The position numbers were made by a program, and so were the translations under genes. Below, in pieces: positions 19,424 through 29,164 of a stretch of 64,000 bases of DNA. Position 1 is the first letter of the stretch; each line of letters opens with the position of its first letter. The notes under the pieces were generated by a model. The model was not told the origin of the DNA, made no database searches, and worked only from the letters and a program-made list of their open reading frames with translations. This DNA comes from Clostridia bacterium (GTDB lineage Bacteria > Bacillota > Clostridia > UBA1212 > DUPL01): contig JBMNIW010000005.1 of the NCBI GenBank assembly GCA_050951325.1, forward strand, positions 32,001 to 96,000, given 5' to 3'.

Positions 19424-20164
19424 ATGAGAAGAATGAGAATTGTTATTCTAATATCGGTTATACTGACAATAAACTGCATGTTGGTTGTATCCGCAGAGGA
19501 TCGTCCCATGATTGTTCTTGATAATGAAACTTATGCTGATGTATTTGGGAATGTAAGCCACGTTAGCGAACTGTATTATGAAAATGGTGCTATAAAGGTT
19601 ACCTTTACACCAGGAGGAAACGACCCTTACATATATTTGCCTTTATCGCTGATGGGCGATATACCTTGTAACGAGTACAAGGTTTTGGCCATAAAGATGA
19701 AAGCACCCCAGCCTGGTTCAGGCAACCTTTATTTTGCAACTGACAGGCATAACAGTTTGGATGAGAACAAGAATGTACGTACATCGGAGTACAGAGCGGA
19801 TGGCAAATGGCAGATAGTAACAGTGGATTTCAGCACCAACGAGTATTATGAAGGCGTAGTTACCCAGTTTAGGTTCGACGTCTATCCGAAAAGTGTGGAT
19901 GGTGTTTTGGAAATAGAATGGATTGCCATGTTTCGTTCACTGGAGGAGGTAAAGGAAGTAGAAGGTGGCGATGTGGAAGAGCCAGAGGAGACACCTAAAT
20001 ATGCAGGTCCTACAAGGACCCCGGATTATGTGCCTCCAAAGACAAAAACAGATGCAAGAACAAGCGTGTTGATGGTATTGTTCGGTGTTCTTTTTGCCTG
20101 TATTGTAGCTGCACTGATAATATCCATATTATACTTGAGAAAGGTGAAAGAGGCGCAATATTAA
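19424..20164 (+). CDS. Secreted, C-terminally membrane-anchored protein with unassigned CBM-like domain (paralog 1)
   Basis: Signal peptide ending VSA, DPYI...RFD...IEWIAMFRSLEEV, a P/T/E linker, a TM helix and basic tail. Homologous to 59846 and 60729. Confidence 0.75.
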   Translation: MRRMRIVILISVILTINCMLVVSAEDRPMIVLDNETYADVFGNVSHVSELYYENGAIKVTFTPGGNDPYIYLPLSLMGDIPCNEYKVLAIKMKAPQPGSGNLYFATDRHNSLDENKNVRTSEYRADGKWQIVTVDFSTNEYYEGVVTQFRFDVYPKSVDGVLEIEWIAMFRSLEEVKEVEGGDVEEPEETPKYAGPTRTPDYVPPKTKTDARTSVLMVLFGVLFACIVAALIISILYLRKVKEAQY

Positions 20165-20248
20165 CCATTTGGTCATATTCTAATCTTGACTTTTCAGGCA
20201 GGGAAACGGTAATATAGACTTATATTATTAATAAAATATGGTGATCAA

Positions 20249-20788
20249 ATGGATAATTATTGCATGTTTGATAGAATAGTTTTAATAGGTATGCCGTGTT
20301 CAGGAAAATCCTCAATTGGCCGTGCCCTTGCAGAATACTACAATTACGAGTTTGTAGATATGGATGATTTGATTGTAGAAAAAGCGGGCATGTCGATTGA
20401 GGAGATTTTTGAAAAATTAGGTGAGGATCAGTTCAGGGAGTTTGAGTACCAGGTAAGCTGCGACCTGAGGAATATGAGCAAAATTATAATTGCCACCGGA
20501 GGTGGCGTGGTTACAAGACAAGAAAGTATAGAATCAGTAAAAGAAGGCAGTTTTGTGATATTTATCCACAGGGAGTTTCTGCGTCTTGCAACTACCCCAA
20601 AGCGTATTCTTGACAAGAGACCGATGCTGAAGAAGACGACTTTTGAAGGTCTTTTGCAGCTTTACAAAACAAGGCTGCCTCTGTATAGAAAGTACGCTGA
20701 CGTTGAGATATCAAACGATAACAACAGAAGCGATGCAATATCCAAAATTATTAGAATTATACATAGGAAGAGTGTGGGGCTGGAATGA
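20249..20788 (+). CDS. aroK: Shikimate kinase
   Basis: LIGMPCSGKS, GEDQFREFE, ATGGGVV, RPML, RLPLY. Confidence 0.92.
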   Translation: MDNYCMFDRIVLIGMPCSGKSSIGRALAEYYNYEFVDMDDLIVEKAGMSIEEIFEKLGEDQFREFEYQVSCDLRNMSKIIIATGGGVVTRQESIESVKEGSFVIFIHREFLRLATTPKRILDKRPMLKKTTFEGLLQLYKTRLPLYRKYADVEISNDNNRSDAISKIIRIIHRKSVGLE

Positions 20789-21219
20789 AGATTCTCGTAA
20801 TAAACGGACCAAATCTGAACATGCTGGGCATTAGGGAAAAGGATGTTTACGGATCCATGACTTATGAAGATTTATGCAATTATATCATGAATGAGGCTGA
20901 AAAACTCAATGTGGAGGTGGAGATTTTTCAGTCAAATCATGAAGGTGCAATCATAGATGAGATTCATAAGGCTTACCAGAAATTTGACGGAATCATAATT
21001 AATCCAGGTGCGTATACTCATTACAGCTACGCTATTTATGATGCACTAAAAAGTGTTGATATAAAAACGATTGAAGTTCATATCAGCAATATCCATGAGA
21101 GGGAAGAGTTCAGAAAAACATCAGTTATTAAAGATGCATGCATTAATCAGATATCGGGATTTGGATTTGCTGGGTATATAATGGCTCTTGAAGAGCTTGT
21201 ACTTGAAGGTAGGGATTGA
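20785..21219 (+). CDS. aroQ: Type II 3-dehydroquinate dehydratase
   Basis: NGPNLNMLG, QSNHEG, NPGAYTH, EVHISNIHERE. Confidence 0.96.
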   Translation: MKILVINGPNLNMLGIREKDVYGSMTYEDLCNYIMNEAEKLNVEVEIFQSNHEGAIIDEIHKAYQKFDGIIINPGAYTHYSYAIYDALKSVDIKTIEVHISNIHEREEFRKTSVIKDACINQISGFGFAGYIMALEELVLEGRD

Positions 21220-21755
21220 TTTTATTGGGAAAAGGATTGCGCCCAGATATTTGGGTTTCAGACATATATTCAATTAATCTTGGATATCTAAAGGATATTG
21301 GAATAAAGGCATTGTTTTTTGACATTGACAACACACTGATTCAATACTCGGATCATGAGTCCGACGACAGGCTGGATGCATGGCTTGAAAAAGTGTTGGA
21401 TGAAGGTTTTGGTGTTGGCTTTTTGTCAAATGGAAAGGATGAAAGAATTTTTTCTTTTGCAGAAAAGGTAACTGTGAAAGGAGAAACACTTACCAAACAT
21501 CCTAATTTTAAAGTTACAGGCAGTGCAAGGAAGCCGCTTTCAAAAGGTTTTAGAAAGCTTGCCGGCAAGTTCAATTTGAAAAAAGATAAGGTTGCTATGG
21601 TTGGCGACCAGCTGTTTACAGACATATTAGGTGGAAACTGGTTTGGCTGCTATACCATTTTGGTGGACCCAATAAACAGGGATGACGACCATTGGTTTGT
21701 TACCTTTAAGCGTCATTTTGAAAAACCCTTTTTGAAAAAGTTTAAGAAGAGCTGA
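21216..21755 (+). CDS. yqeG: YqeG-family HAD IIIA phosphatase
   Basis: DIDNTL, SN, ARKP, VGDQLFTDILGGN. Confidence 0.9.
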   Translation: MILLGKGLRPDIWVSDIYSINLGYLKDIGIKALFFDIDNTLIQYSDHESDDRLDAWLEKVLDEGFGVGFLSNGKDERIFSFAEKVTVKGETLTKHPNFKVTGSARKPLSKGFRKLAGKFNLKKDKVAMVGDQLFTDILGGNWFGCYTILVDPINRDDDHWFVTFKRHFEKPFLKKFKKS

Positions 21756-21759
21756 TGAC

Positions 21760-22626
21760 ATGACCAGAATAAACGGAGCTACAAAACTGTATGGATTAAT
21801 TGGACATCCCGTCAAACATTCCTTGTCCCCGTTGATTCAGAATACTCTGAGCATTGTAATGGGGATTAACAGTGTTTATCTTTGCTTTGATGTTTCACCT
21901 GAACAGCTTGAGGAAAAAGTGAAAAACCTTATTGGTGTGGGAGTTGAAGGATTCAACGTAACCATGCCTCACAAGGAAGAAGTAATCAAGTATATTGATG
22001 AAATGTCAGAAAGTGCTTTGTATGTCGATGCTGTCAATACGGTGTTTGTGGACAAGGGTATTGTCAAAGGATTCAATACGGATTGTGACGGATTTGTACG
22101 AAGCCTTAAAGAAAGCTTTGGTTGTGGGGTAAAAGGGGACAGTGTACTAATGCTTGGGGCAGGAGGAGCTGCAAAGGCTATTGCAGTTGGCTTGTTGCAA
22201 GACGGCTGTAAAAAGCTGTACATAAAAAACAGGACATTGAAAAGAGCATACGACCTGAAAGAGTCCTTGCCAATTTATGCGGACAGGATTGAAGTTTTGG
22301 AAAATGAAAAACATATCCATGAAGATGTTGATGTAATTGTCAACACGACCAGCGTTGGCATGCATGGCGCTTTGGAAGGGAAAAGTCCGCTTCCTGAAAG
22401 TTTCAGGTTTAATACAAACCAAAGAGTTGTCGATATTATTTACAGTCCTTCCGAAACACTTCTCTTAAAGCAGGCAAGAGGGAAAGGTGCCAGTACATTG
22501 AATGGCTATTCCATGCTGTTCTGGCAGGCGGTCATTGCGTTTGAGATTTGGAATGATGTTAAAGTTGGCAAGAATGAACTTGATAAGATTTTGAAGATAT
22601 TAAGAGAAAATGGAGTATTGATATGA
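21760..22626 (+). CDS. aroE: Shikimate dehydrogenase
   Basis: HSLSP, GFNVTMPHK, AVNT, NTDCDG, GAGGAA. Confidence 0.95.
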   Translation: MTRINGATKLYGLIGHPVKHSLSPLIQNTLSIVMGINSVYLCFDVSPEQLEEKVKNLIGVGVEGFNVTMPHKEEVIKYIDEMSESALYVDAVNTVFVDKGIVKGFNTDCDGFVRSLKESFGCGVKGDSVLMLGAGGAAKAIAVGLLQDGCKKLYIKNRTLKRAYDLKESLPIYADRIEVLENEKHIHEDVDVIVNTTSVGMHGALEGKSPLPESFRFNTNQRVVDIIYSPSETLLLKQARGKGASTLNGYSMLFWQAVIAFEIWNDVKVGKNELDKILKILRENGVLI

Positions 22627-23696
22627 AAACAAGAATAGAGTTGTTTAGAGAAAAGTTAAGCGAAAAGCAAATAGAATCAGCCCTTGTTACATCGTGGCAG
22701 AATGTGTTTTATCTATCTGGTTTTACGGGATTTGGAGATGCATTCATATTTATCACGCAAGAGTCCCAGTACATTTTGACCGATTCCAGATACTTGGTGC
22801 AGGCAAAGGAAGAATGTGTAGATTTTGAGATTAAAAACATACCCGTCAGTGATTTTAAAAAGATAGCCGGATTTATTAAAGAGCAGAATGTCAAAACCAT
22901 TGGATTTGAAGATTATAACATCTCGTATTTGACCTACAAGAAAGTGACAGAACTTTGCGAAAATTGCGAGTTCACAGCAATTGGAGGCATAATTGAGGGA
23001 CTGAGATGTGTGAAGAGTGTGGAAGAGATTGAGTTGATTCAGAGAGCTTGTGATATTGTAGTTGAAACCTTTAATGACGTGCTTGGGATTATAAAAGAGG
23101 GGGTCAGTGAAAAAGAAGTAGCTGCTGAGATTGAGTATGGTATTAGAAAGAGGGGAGCTGAGAAAACCTCGTTTGACACAATAGTGGCATCCGGCTTCAG
23201 AGGAGCTCTTCCACATGGTACCGCTTCTGATAAGAAAATAATGAAAGGCGAAGCCATTACAATGGATTTTGGCGCATTCTACAACGGGTACTGCTCCGAT
23301 ATAACTAGAACCGTCTTTTTGGGAGAGCCGGATGAAAAGATGAGGAAGATTTATGACGTTGTGTTGGCTGCCAATATTAAGGCAATAAACTCATTTGAAT
23401 CCGGCATGACAGGAAGAGACCTGGATCTGATTGCAAGAGAGCATATTGCAGGCGAGGGATATGGGGATGAATTTTCCCATGGACTTGGTCACGGAGTGGG
23501 CGTTCAGGTGCATGAAGAACCGAGAATAAACAGATTCGGGGATAAGGAACTTGCCAAGGGCATGATATTCAGTATTGAGCCTGGTATCTACGTGGAAGGC
23601 CTTGGAGGAGTCCGGATAGAGGATTTAGTAACGGTGGTGGATGGAAAACTTAAAGTCCTGACAAAGAAAGCCCCGAAAGAGATGATTATATTATAG
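22623..23696 (+). CDS. pepQ: Xaa-Pro aminopeptidase (M24B, YqhT-like)
   Basis: ALPHG, DFGA, YCSDITRT, HGLGHGVG.VHE, EPGIY, GVRIED. Confidence 0.92.
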   Translation: MKTRIELFREKLSEKQIESALVTSWQNVFYLSGFTGFGDAFIFITQESQYILTDSRYLVQAKEECVDFEIKNIPVSDFKKIAGFIKEQNVKTIGFEDYNISYLTYKKVTELCENCEFTAIGGIIEGLRCVKSVEEIELIQRACDIVVETFNDVLGIIKEGVSEKEVAAEIEYGIRKRGAEKTSFDTIVASGFRGALPHGTASDKKIMKGEAITMDFGAFYNGYCSDITRTVFLGEPDEKMRKIYDVVLAANIKAINSFESGMTGRDLDLIAREHIAGEGYGDEFSHGLGHGVGVQVHEEPRINRFGDKELAKGMIFSIEPGIYVEGLGGVRIEDLVTVVDGKLKVLTKKAPKEMIIL

Positions 23697-23702
23697 AAAA
23701 CC

Positions 23703-23727
23703 AAAGCTGCCAATAATGGCAGCTTTT
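23703..23727. terminator. Bidirectional terminator
   Basis: AAAGCTGCCA-ATAA-TGGCAGCTTT between convergent genes. Confidence 0.8.
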
Positions 23728-23728
23728 C

Positions 23729-24103
23729 TTAATCTTTTTTGTACAGTATTGTAATATTTCTGTCAACGAATCCAATTCCTACAGCCTGGTAATTCCTTAG
23801 CTTGTGTGCAAACTTGCCATTTTTCAAGTAGTTTGATACGTTGTACTCAAAAATCTTTTGAACATCTTCCCATGTCCCATCATGTTTTATACCAAACGGA
23901 TTGCCTCTTGTGGTGAAAACCTCACAGCAGGCCCAGTCTTCGTCTTCTTCATCAAACTCGTCTGTGGCCACCAGTTCCACGGACCATTCATCGTCTACAT
24001 TATCATATAAATTGAAATTAACAGCAACAGTACCGCTGGGCAATTTCTTGCGAAGGACGCTGTCCAGCCAATAGTCAAATTCAGTTAATTTGTTTATATA
24101 CAT
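23729..24103 (-). CDS. Acidic hypothetical protein, possibly toxin-immunity-like
   Basis: 124 aa with GGGAG SD. Motifs AVNFNLYD, DEDWAC, VGIGFVD. Confidence 0.75.
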   Translation of the reverse strand: MYINKLTEFDYWLDSVLRKKLPSGTVAVNFNLYDNVDDEWSVELVATDEFDEEDEDWACCEVFTTRGNPFGIKHDGTWEDVQKIFEYNVSNYLKNGKFAHKLRNYQAVGIGFVDRNITILYKKD

Positions 24104-24184
24104 TTTCTCCCCACTTTCATATCATAATTCTCACAAATGCAGATTATACCATTAGGAGCAATATATTTCAAGGAGAAATACCTG

Positions 24185-24212
24185 TTGACAGATAATGACT
24201 AGGTTGTATAAT
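24185..24212 (+). promoter_or_regulatory. sigma-A promoter
   Basis: TTGACA-N16-TATAAT. Confidence 0.7.
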
Positions 24213-24233
24213 TTTCCTTACAGGAGGTGGAAT

Positions 24234-24839
24234 ATGGTTCCGGAGTATATAAAACATGCAGGAAAGGTTATTAAAGAAGATGACACCCATACAGAAGTAG
24301 AGCTGGTTTGCGAGTGTGGCGAAAAATGTTTTCATGTATTCAAGAATGAGCCCACCGATGAAGAAATCAGCAAAATCGCGCAATGGGAAAAACGATTAAA
24401 GGGCTTTAGAAAAATTGAGGGAATGTCGGATGAAGAAGGGAATGTATTTTTAGTAAAACGAAATATATTTGGGAAGATTGTTGACAAGGTAAGAATCAGC
24501 GACATGCCCGAGGTGTCTAAAATTAACTTTCTAAAGAGTATATGTGTGTCCTGCGGCAGGGAGTATGTTGTTTTTGACAATAGAATTCATGGATATGATG
24601 CCAATTGTGAGAGTGAAACCAAGGACATTTCATATAATGGTTTTGTATTTGCGAAAGTTTCTGATGAAGCCCTGCGGATAGTTGTAAAATATGAAAACAA
24701 TAGTGAAAGCTATGAGGAGTATGTTGAAAGCTTTGGATATGTAAGCAGGGAAAAGTTCTCCAACATGTTTGGATGGATATATATATATGGTTATAACGAA
24801 AAATCAAGGAGACTGATTTTTGAAGAAGAAACGTCATAA
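24234..24839 (+). CDS. Hypothetical protein with CxCG and CxxC...FD..HGYD motifs
   Basis: ATG 24234 after AGGAGG. CECG and CVSCG...FDNRIHGYD. Confidence 0.75.
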   Translation: MVPEYIKHAGKVIKEDDTHTEVELVCECGEKCFHVFKNEPTDEEISKIAQWEKRLKGFRKIEGMSDEEGNVFLVKRNIFGKIVDKVRISDMPEVSKINFLKSICVSCGREYVVFDNRIHGYDANCESETKDISYNGFVFAKVSDEALRIVVKYENNSESYEEYVESFGYVSREKFSNMFGWIYIYGYNEKSRRLIFEEETS

Positions 24840-24841
24840 GA

Positions 24842-24864
24842 AAAGGGTGCATTTTGCACCCTTT
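24842..24864. terminator. Bidirectional terminator
   Basis: AAAGGGTGCA-TTT-TGCACCCTTT. Confidence 0.75.
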
Positions 24865-24871
24865 CAATTAA

Positions 24872-25324
24872 CTAATCATCCAGTTCTTCGTCATCTTCGT
24901 CATCGTAATCACCACAGATATCACACATGCAGCACTCATCGTCGTCATACAACTCAAGTTCTATCTCTTCGCCGCATGCTGGGCAGGTGAATACTGTGAA
25001 GTCTTCATTTACCTGATCTTCTGAGAATGTAATGATACCTTTGCAGGCAGGACAGACGATTGTATCAATGTCCTCATCATCGTAATCGAAATAATCTTCA
25101 TCTTCGTCATCATCGAACAGGACGCTTTCCAAAAACTCTGTACGATCCTCTAGATCATCAGCGGTTGTTGCAAAGTCATCTTCCAGTTCTTCAACAGTCA
25201 TTGCAATGTCGTCCAATACCTCTATGATTTCCCTAAGTAGCCTTCCTTCGGAGGTATCACTACTTATATTCATACCATCTGCAAGACCTTTCAGGTAGCT
25301 TACTCTTTCCAACAAATAACCCAT
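24872..25324 (-). CDS. CD1247 N-terminal domain protein with zinc ribbon
   Basis: ERVSYLKGLADGM, two CPAC pairs and an acidic/Cys tail. Lies downstream of efp, as in other clostridia. Confidence 0.85.
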   Translation of the reverse strand: MGYLLERVSYLKGLADGMNISSDTSEGRLLREIIEVLDDIAMTVEELEDDFATTADDLEDRTEFLESVLFDDDEDEDYFDYDDEDIDTIVCPACKGIITFSEDQVNEDFTVFTCPACGEEIELELYDDDECCMCDICGDYDDEDDEELDD

Positions 25325-25368
25325 ATCAGCACCTCCACTCTTAATATTATTGTAAAATCCATTCAGTT

Positions 25369-25926
25369 TTATACTCTTTCAATATAATCGCCGGTACGTG
25401 TATCAATCTTGATTACGTCACCATTTTCAATGAAAAGTGGCACTTTGACTTGAGCATTGGTTTCCACGGTAGCGGGTTTTGTTGCTCCTGTAGCAGTGTC
25501 GCCCTTGAATCCGGGCTCAGTGCTGATAACTTCAAGTTCCACAAACATCGGAGGTTCAATACCGAAAACATTGCCCTTGTAGGAAAGAATCTTGCATGTG
25601 TCGTTTTCTTTGACGAATTTCAAAGCATCGCTTACAGTTTCTTCATCGATAGGCAACTGTTCGTAAGTTTCCATATCCATGAAGTAGTACAATCCATTGT
25701 CACTGTACAGATACTGCATGTCCTTTCTCTCTATGTGAGCTCTTGGCATTTTATCGGATGGGTTGAAGGATTTCTCCAGTATGGTTCCTGTTATAACATT
25801 CTTTATTTTGGTTCTAACAAAAGCTGCTCCTTTGCCAGGCTTTACATGCTGAAATTCAACAACCTGATAAACCTGTCCATCAAGCTCAAAAGTAATTCCA
25901 TTTCTAAAATCTCCAGCTGAAATCAT
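25369..25926 (-). CDS. efp: Elongation factor P
   Basis: [39 protein letters not shown]. Confidence 0.98.
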   Translation of the reverse strand: MISAGDFRNGITFELDGQVYQVVEFQHVKPGKGAAFVRTKIKNVITGTILEKSFNPSDKMPRAHIERKDMQYLYSDNGLYYFMDMETYEQLPIDEETVSDALKFVKENDTCKILSYKGNVFGIEPPMFVELEVISTEPGFKGDTATGATKPATVETNAQVKVPLFIENGDVIKIDTRTGDYIERV

Positions 25927-26056
25927 ATTTGTCCTCCATATATAATGTCAAATTTAAACGGTCTTAGTTATTATACATTAATTTAAATAGCTGTACAAGA
26001 GTAAAAAGTATCTTTTTGCCAAAAGAATAAGCACAAGCTTATTGTATCCTGATTTA

Positions 26057-26494
26057 TCATGAATTAATCTGATTTTGCTTTCCCTTGTGCTTGATTATGA
26101 ATTTCTTCATATTGTCCACTGTCTTTTTGTTTATAAAATGTTCGATTTTCTCAACCTGTTCAAGTTCGCTTTCTGAATTGTTAAGAATACAAAGAAATTC
26201 ATTAATGACATCATGCCTGTAAAGAAGGTAGTCACCAATCTTTTGGCCTTTTTCTGTAGGAACTATGTATCCATATTTCTCAAATTTGACAAGACCTAAT
26301 GTTTTTAGGTTGTTGACCATTTTTGAGGCTGAAGATGGTTTGACATGAAGGTTTGCAGCAAGCTCACTTATTCTTACATACTCTTTCGTTACCCTTAGTC
26401 TGCAAATCATCTCAAGGTAGTCCTCCATGGAAGACGTAAGTTTTGCTTTGTCGATCATCTGATAACCTTTCAGTGTATAAAATTTCTTATCCAA
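26057..26494 (-). CDS. mntR: DtxR/MntR-family metal-dependent regulator
   Basis: SMEDYLEMI, HTH ELAANLHVKPSSASKMV, RH, EKIEH. TTG start at 26494 after AGGAGG. Confidence 0.88.
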   Translation of the reverse strand: MDKKFYTLKGYQMIDKAKLTSSMEDYLEMICRLRVTKEYVRISELAANLHVKPSSASKMVNNLKTLGLVKFEKYGYIVPTEKGQKIGDYLLYRHDVINEFLCILNNSESELEQVEKIEHFINKKTVDNMKKFIIKHKGKQNQINS

Positions 26495-26549
26495 TTTGCA
26501 TCCTCCTTTCCTGTAACAACAAAGGACGTCAATCCATATAATATCTTTG

Positions 26550-26574
26550 GGAAACAAAGTTTCCTTAAACTAAT
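26550..26574. promoter_or_regulatory. Candidate MntR/DtxR operator in the divergent mntR-feoA gap
   Basis: Inverted repeat GGAAAC-AAA-GTTTCC. The minus strand reads TTAGTTTAAGGAAACTTT, resembling MntR boxes. Confidence 0.45.
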
Positions 26575-26596
26575 ATATTTAGGAGATGTGGAATAT

Positions 26597-26836
26597 ATGA
26601 GTAAAATACCGACATTAAACGATTTGAAGCAGGGTCAGAAAGCACGAGTGAATAAAATCATTACAAAAGGTACAATCAGAAGAAGACTACAGGACATGGG
26701 ATTCATTGAAGGAAGCATGGTAGAATGCCTGCAAAGAAGTCCTTTGGGAGATCCTACTGCGTATCTGATAAAAGGCTGCGTAATTGCTCTCAGGTCAGAA
26801 GACTCATCAAGCATACTTGTATCTGAAGTCATTTAA
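26597..26836 (+). CDS. feoA: Ferrous iron transport protein A
   Basis: RRRLQDMG, SPLGDPTAYLIKG, IALR. Confidence 0.95.
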   Translation: MSKIPTLNDLKQGQKARVNKIITKGTIRRRLQDMGFIEGSMVECLQRSPLGDPTAYLIKGCVIALRSEDSSSILVSEVI

Positions 26837-26846
26837 GAGGTGAATT

Positions 26847-29003
26847 ATGAGTCTTGCATGCAGAACATTTGAAACAAGAGTTGGTGAAGAGTTGTTTGGT
26901 ATAAAAATAGATTATGAAAGGGAATATGTTGTAGCACTGGCCGGAAACCCCAATGTGGGAAAGAGTACATTGTTTAACAATCTCACAGGAATGAAACAGC
27001 ATACTGGAAACTGGCCGGGGAAGACCGTTGCCAATGCCAGAGGAGTGTGCAGATACAAGGATAAAGAGTATGTAATGGTGGATTTGCCAGGTACATACTC
27101 ACTTATGGCCCACTCCCAGGAAGAAGAGGTTGCCAGGGATTTTGTGTGTTTTGCAAGACCGGATGCTGTAATTGTCGTTTGCGACGCCACATGTCTGGAA
27201 AGAAATTTGAATCTGGTTCTGCAAACCATGGAGATATCAAAAAATGTTGTTGTCTGTGTAAATTTGATGGATGAAGCGAAAAGGAAAAGAATTGGTGTTG
27301 ATACTTATAAATTGTCTAAGATGCTCAAGGTCCCTGTGGTTGGAATAACTGCACGCAAAAAAAGCACATTGAAAAGTCTTTTGGAAACAATGTCCGTCAT
27401 TGTAGACAAGGAAGAGAAGACACAAGATTTTATGATAAAGTATCCGGAACCAATAGAAAGGGCAATAGCGGTACTGGAGCCCGTTGTATCAAGGAAAATA
27501 GACCATATAGATTCTAGATGGCTGTGTCTTAAACTTCTTGACAATGATGAGTCGATTATGAAGTCCATTGAGAATTTTCTTCCCATCAATCCTTTTGAAG
27601 ACGGAGAAGTAGCATCAGGGCTTGAGATAGCTTACAAAATACTTGAAGAGAGCAACATTTCCAAAGAAGATTTAAGTGATATTATTGTTTCGAGCATTGT
27701 CAGACAGGCAGAAAGAATATCAAAAAGTGTGGTTTTCTACGAGGATGAAAAGTACGTAGAAAGGGATAGAAAAATGGATAGAATCATTACGGGGAAATAT
27801 TTGGGGTATCCTTTAATGATGGTTCTTCTTTTTGTGGTTTTCTGGATTACCATAAGAGGGGCAAATTATCCGTCTGCAATGCTGGCAAGATTTTTCTTTT
27901 TCTTGGAAGAAAGAATAACATATTTTTTTGAATTGGTTAATGCGCCAAATTGGCTACATGGAATTTTGGTGCTTGGAGTATACAGGGTTCTTGCATGGGT
28001 CGTGTCTGTTATGCTGCCTCCCATGGCAATATTCTTTCCTCTCTTTACGATTCTAGAGGATTTGGGGTATCTGCCGAGGGTGGCGTTCAACCTGGACAAA
28101 TACTTCAAGAAAGCATCCTCATGCGGCAAACAGGCTCTTACCATGTGTATGGGATTTGGATGTAATGCGGTTGGTGTAACGGGATGTAGAATAATTGATT
28201 CGCCAAGAGAACGTCTGATTGCAATAATTACCAACAATTTCGTACCTTGCAATGGCAGGTTTCCTACACTGATTGCTGTCATAACCATGTTTTTTACAGG
28301 GTATTTGACAGGTCTGACCGGGTCTTTGGTCTCGAGTTTAATTCTTACACTGGTTATTGTAATGGGCGTAGTCATGACTTTTTTAATATCTGGTTTATTG
28401 TCCAAAACAATTCTGAAAGGAGTTCCTTCTTCTTTCACGCTAGAACTGCCGCCATACAGAAGACCACAGGTTCTGAAAGTGATAGTAAGGTCCATATTCG
28501 ACAGAACTTTGTTTGTACTGGGAAGAGCGGTTATCGTTGCGGCTCCAGCAGGGGCAATTATTTGGATGATGGCAAATATTCATGTGGGAGGTGAGACTCT
28601 TTTAGGAATAAGCGCAGATTTTCTTGACCCGTTTGGCAAGCTTCTAGGACTGGATGGGGTTATAGTTCTGGCATTCATACTAGGATTTCCAGCAAATGAA
28701 ATAGTTGTTCCGATTATAATTATGGCGTATATGGCCCAGGGAAGTCTGATTGAACTTGGTTCTTTGAGTGAGCTTAAGGAGCTTTTGGTTGCAAACGGAT
28801 GGACTTTGACAACAGCCATAAGCATGATGCTTTTTACTTTGTTTCACTGGCCTTGTTCCACCACATGTCTTACCATAAGGAAGGAAACAAAGAGCATAAA
28901 GTGGACAGTGTTGTCTTTTGCAATACCTACCTTGGTTGGAATTGGTGTTTGTTTCATATTTGCAAGCACTGTCAGATTGCTTGGACTAATTATAAATACT
29001 TGA
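26847..29003 (+). CDS. feoB: Ferrous iron transport protein B
   Basis: GNPNVGKST, GNWPGKT, DLPGTYSL, NLMDEA, MGFGC, ELPPY. Confidence 0.96.
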   Translation: MSLACRTFETRVGEELFGIKIDYEREYVVALAGNPNVGKSTLFNNLTGMKQHTGNWPGKTVANARGVCRYKDKEYVMVDLPGTYSLMAHSQEEEVARDFVCFARPDAVIVVCDATCLERNLNLVLQTMEISKNVVVCVNLMDEAKRKRIGVDTYKLSKMLKVPVVGITARKKSTLKSLLETMSVIVDKEEKTQDFMIKYPEPIERAIAVLEPVVSRKIDHIDSRWLCLKLLDNDESIMKSIENFLPINPFEDGEVASGLEIAYKILEESNISKEDLSDIIVSSIVRQAERISKSVVFYEDEKYVERDRKMDRIITGKYLGYPLMMVLLFVVFWITIRGANYPSAMLARFFFFLEERITYFFELVNAPNWLHGILVLGVYRVLAWVVSVMLPPMAIFFPLFTILEDLGYLPRVAFNLDKYFKKASSCGKQALTMCMGFGCNAVGVTGCRIIDSPRERLIAIITNNFVPCNGRFPTLIAVITMFFTGYLTGLTGSLVSSLILTLVIVMGVVMTFLISGLLSKTILKGVPSSFTLELPPYRRPQVLKVIVRSIFDRTLFVLGRAVIVAAPAGAIIWMMANIHVGGETLLGISADFLDPFGKLLGLDGVIVLAFILGFPANEIVVPIIIMAYMAQGSLIELGSLSELKELLVANGWTLTTAISMMLFTLFHWPCSTTCLTIRKETKSIKWTVLSFAIPTLVGIGVCFIFASTVRLLGLIINT

Positions 29004-29092
29004 TTATTACAGAACTTCCGTCTTGACATATATTGATTGTATATCATGATGCTGGTAATTGTGTTAAATATTGTCACACAAACTTCACAAAA

Positions 29093-29109
29093 TTGGCATG
29101 GAATTTGCA
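29093..29109 (+). promoter_or_regulatory. sigma-54 (-24/-12) promoter upstream of the kamA-family gene
   Basis: TTGGCATGGAATTTGCA = GG-N10-GC in TGGCA-N6-TTGCA context, about 55 bp before the ATG. Confidence 0.7.
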
Positions 29110-29164
29110 ATTGAAGTGCATGTAGGGTATACTATTTTTATTATCAAGATTGGAGGTTTGATAA

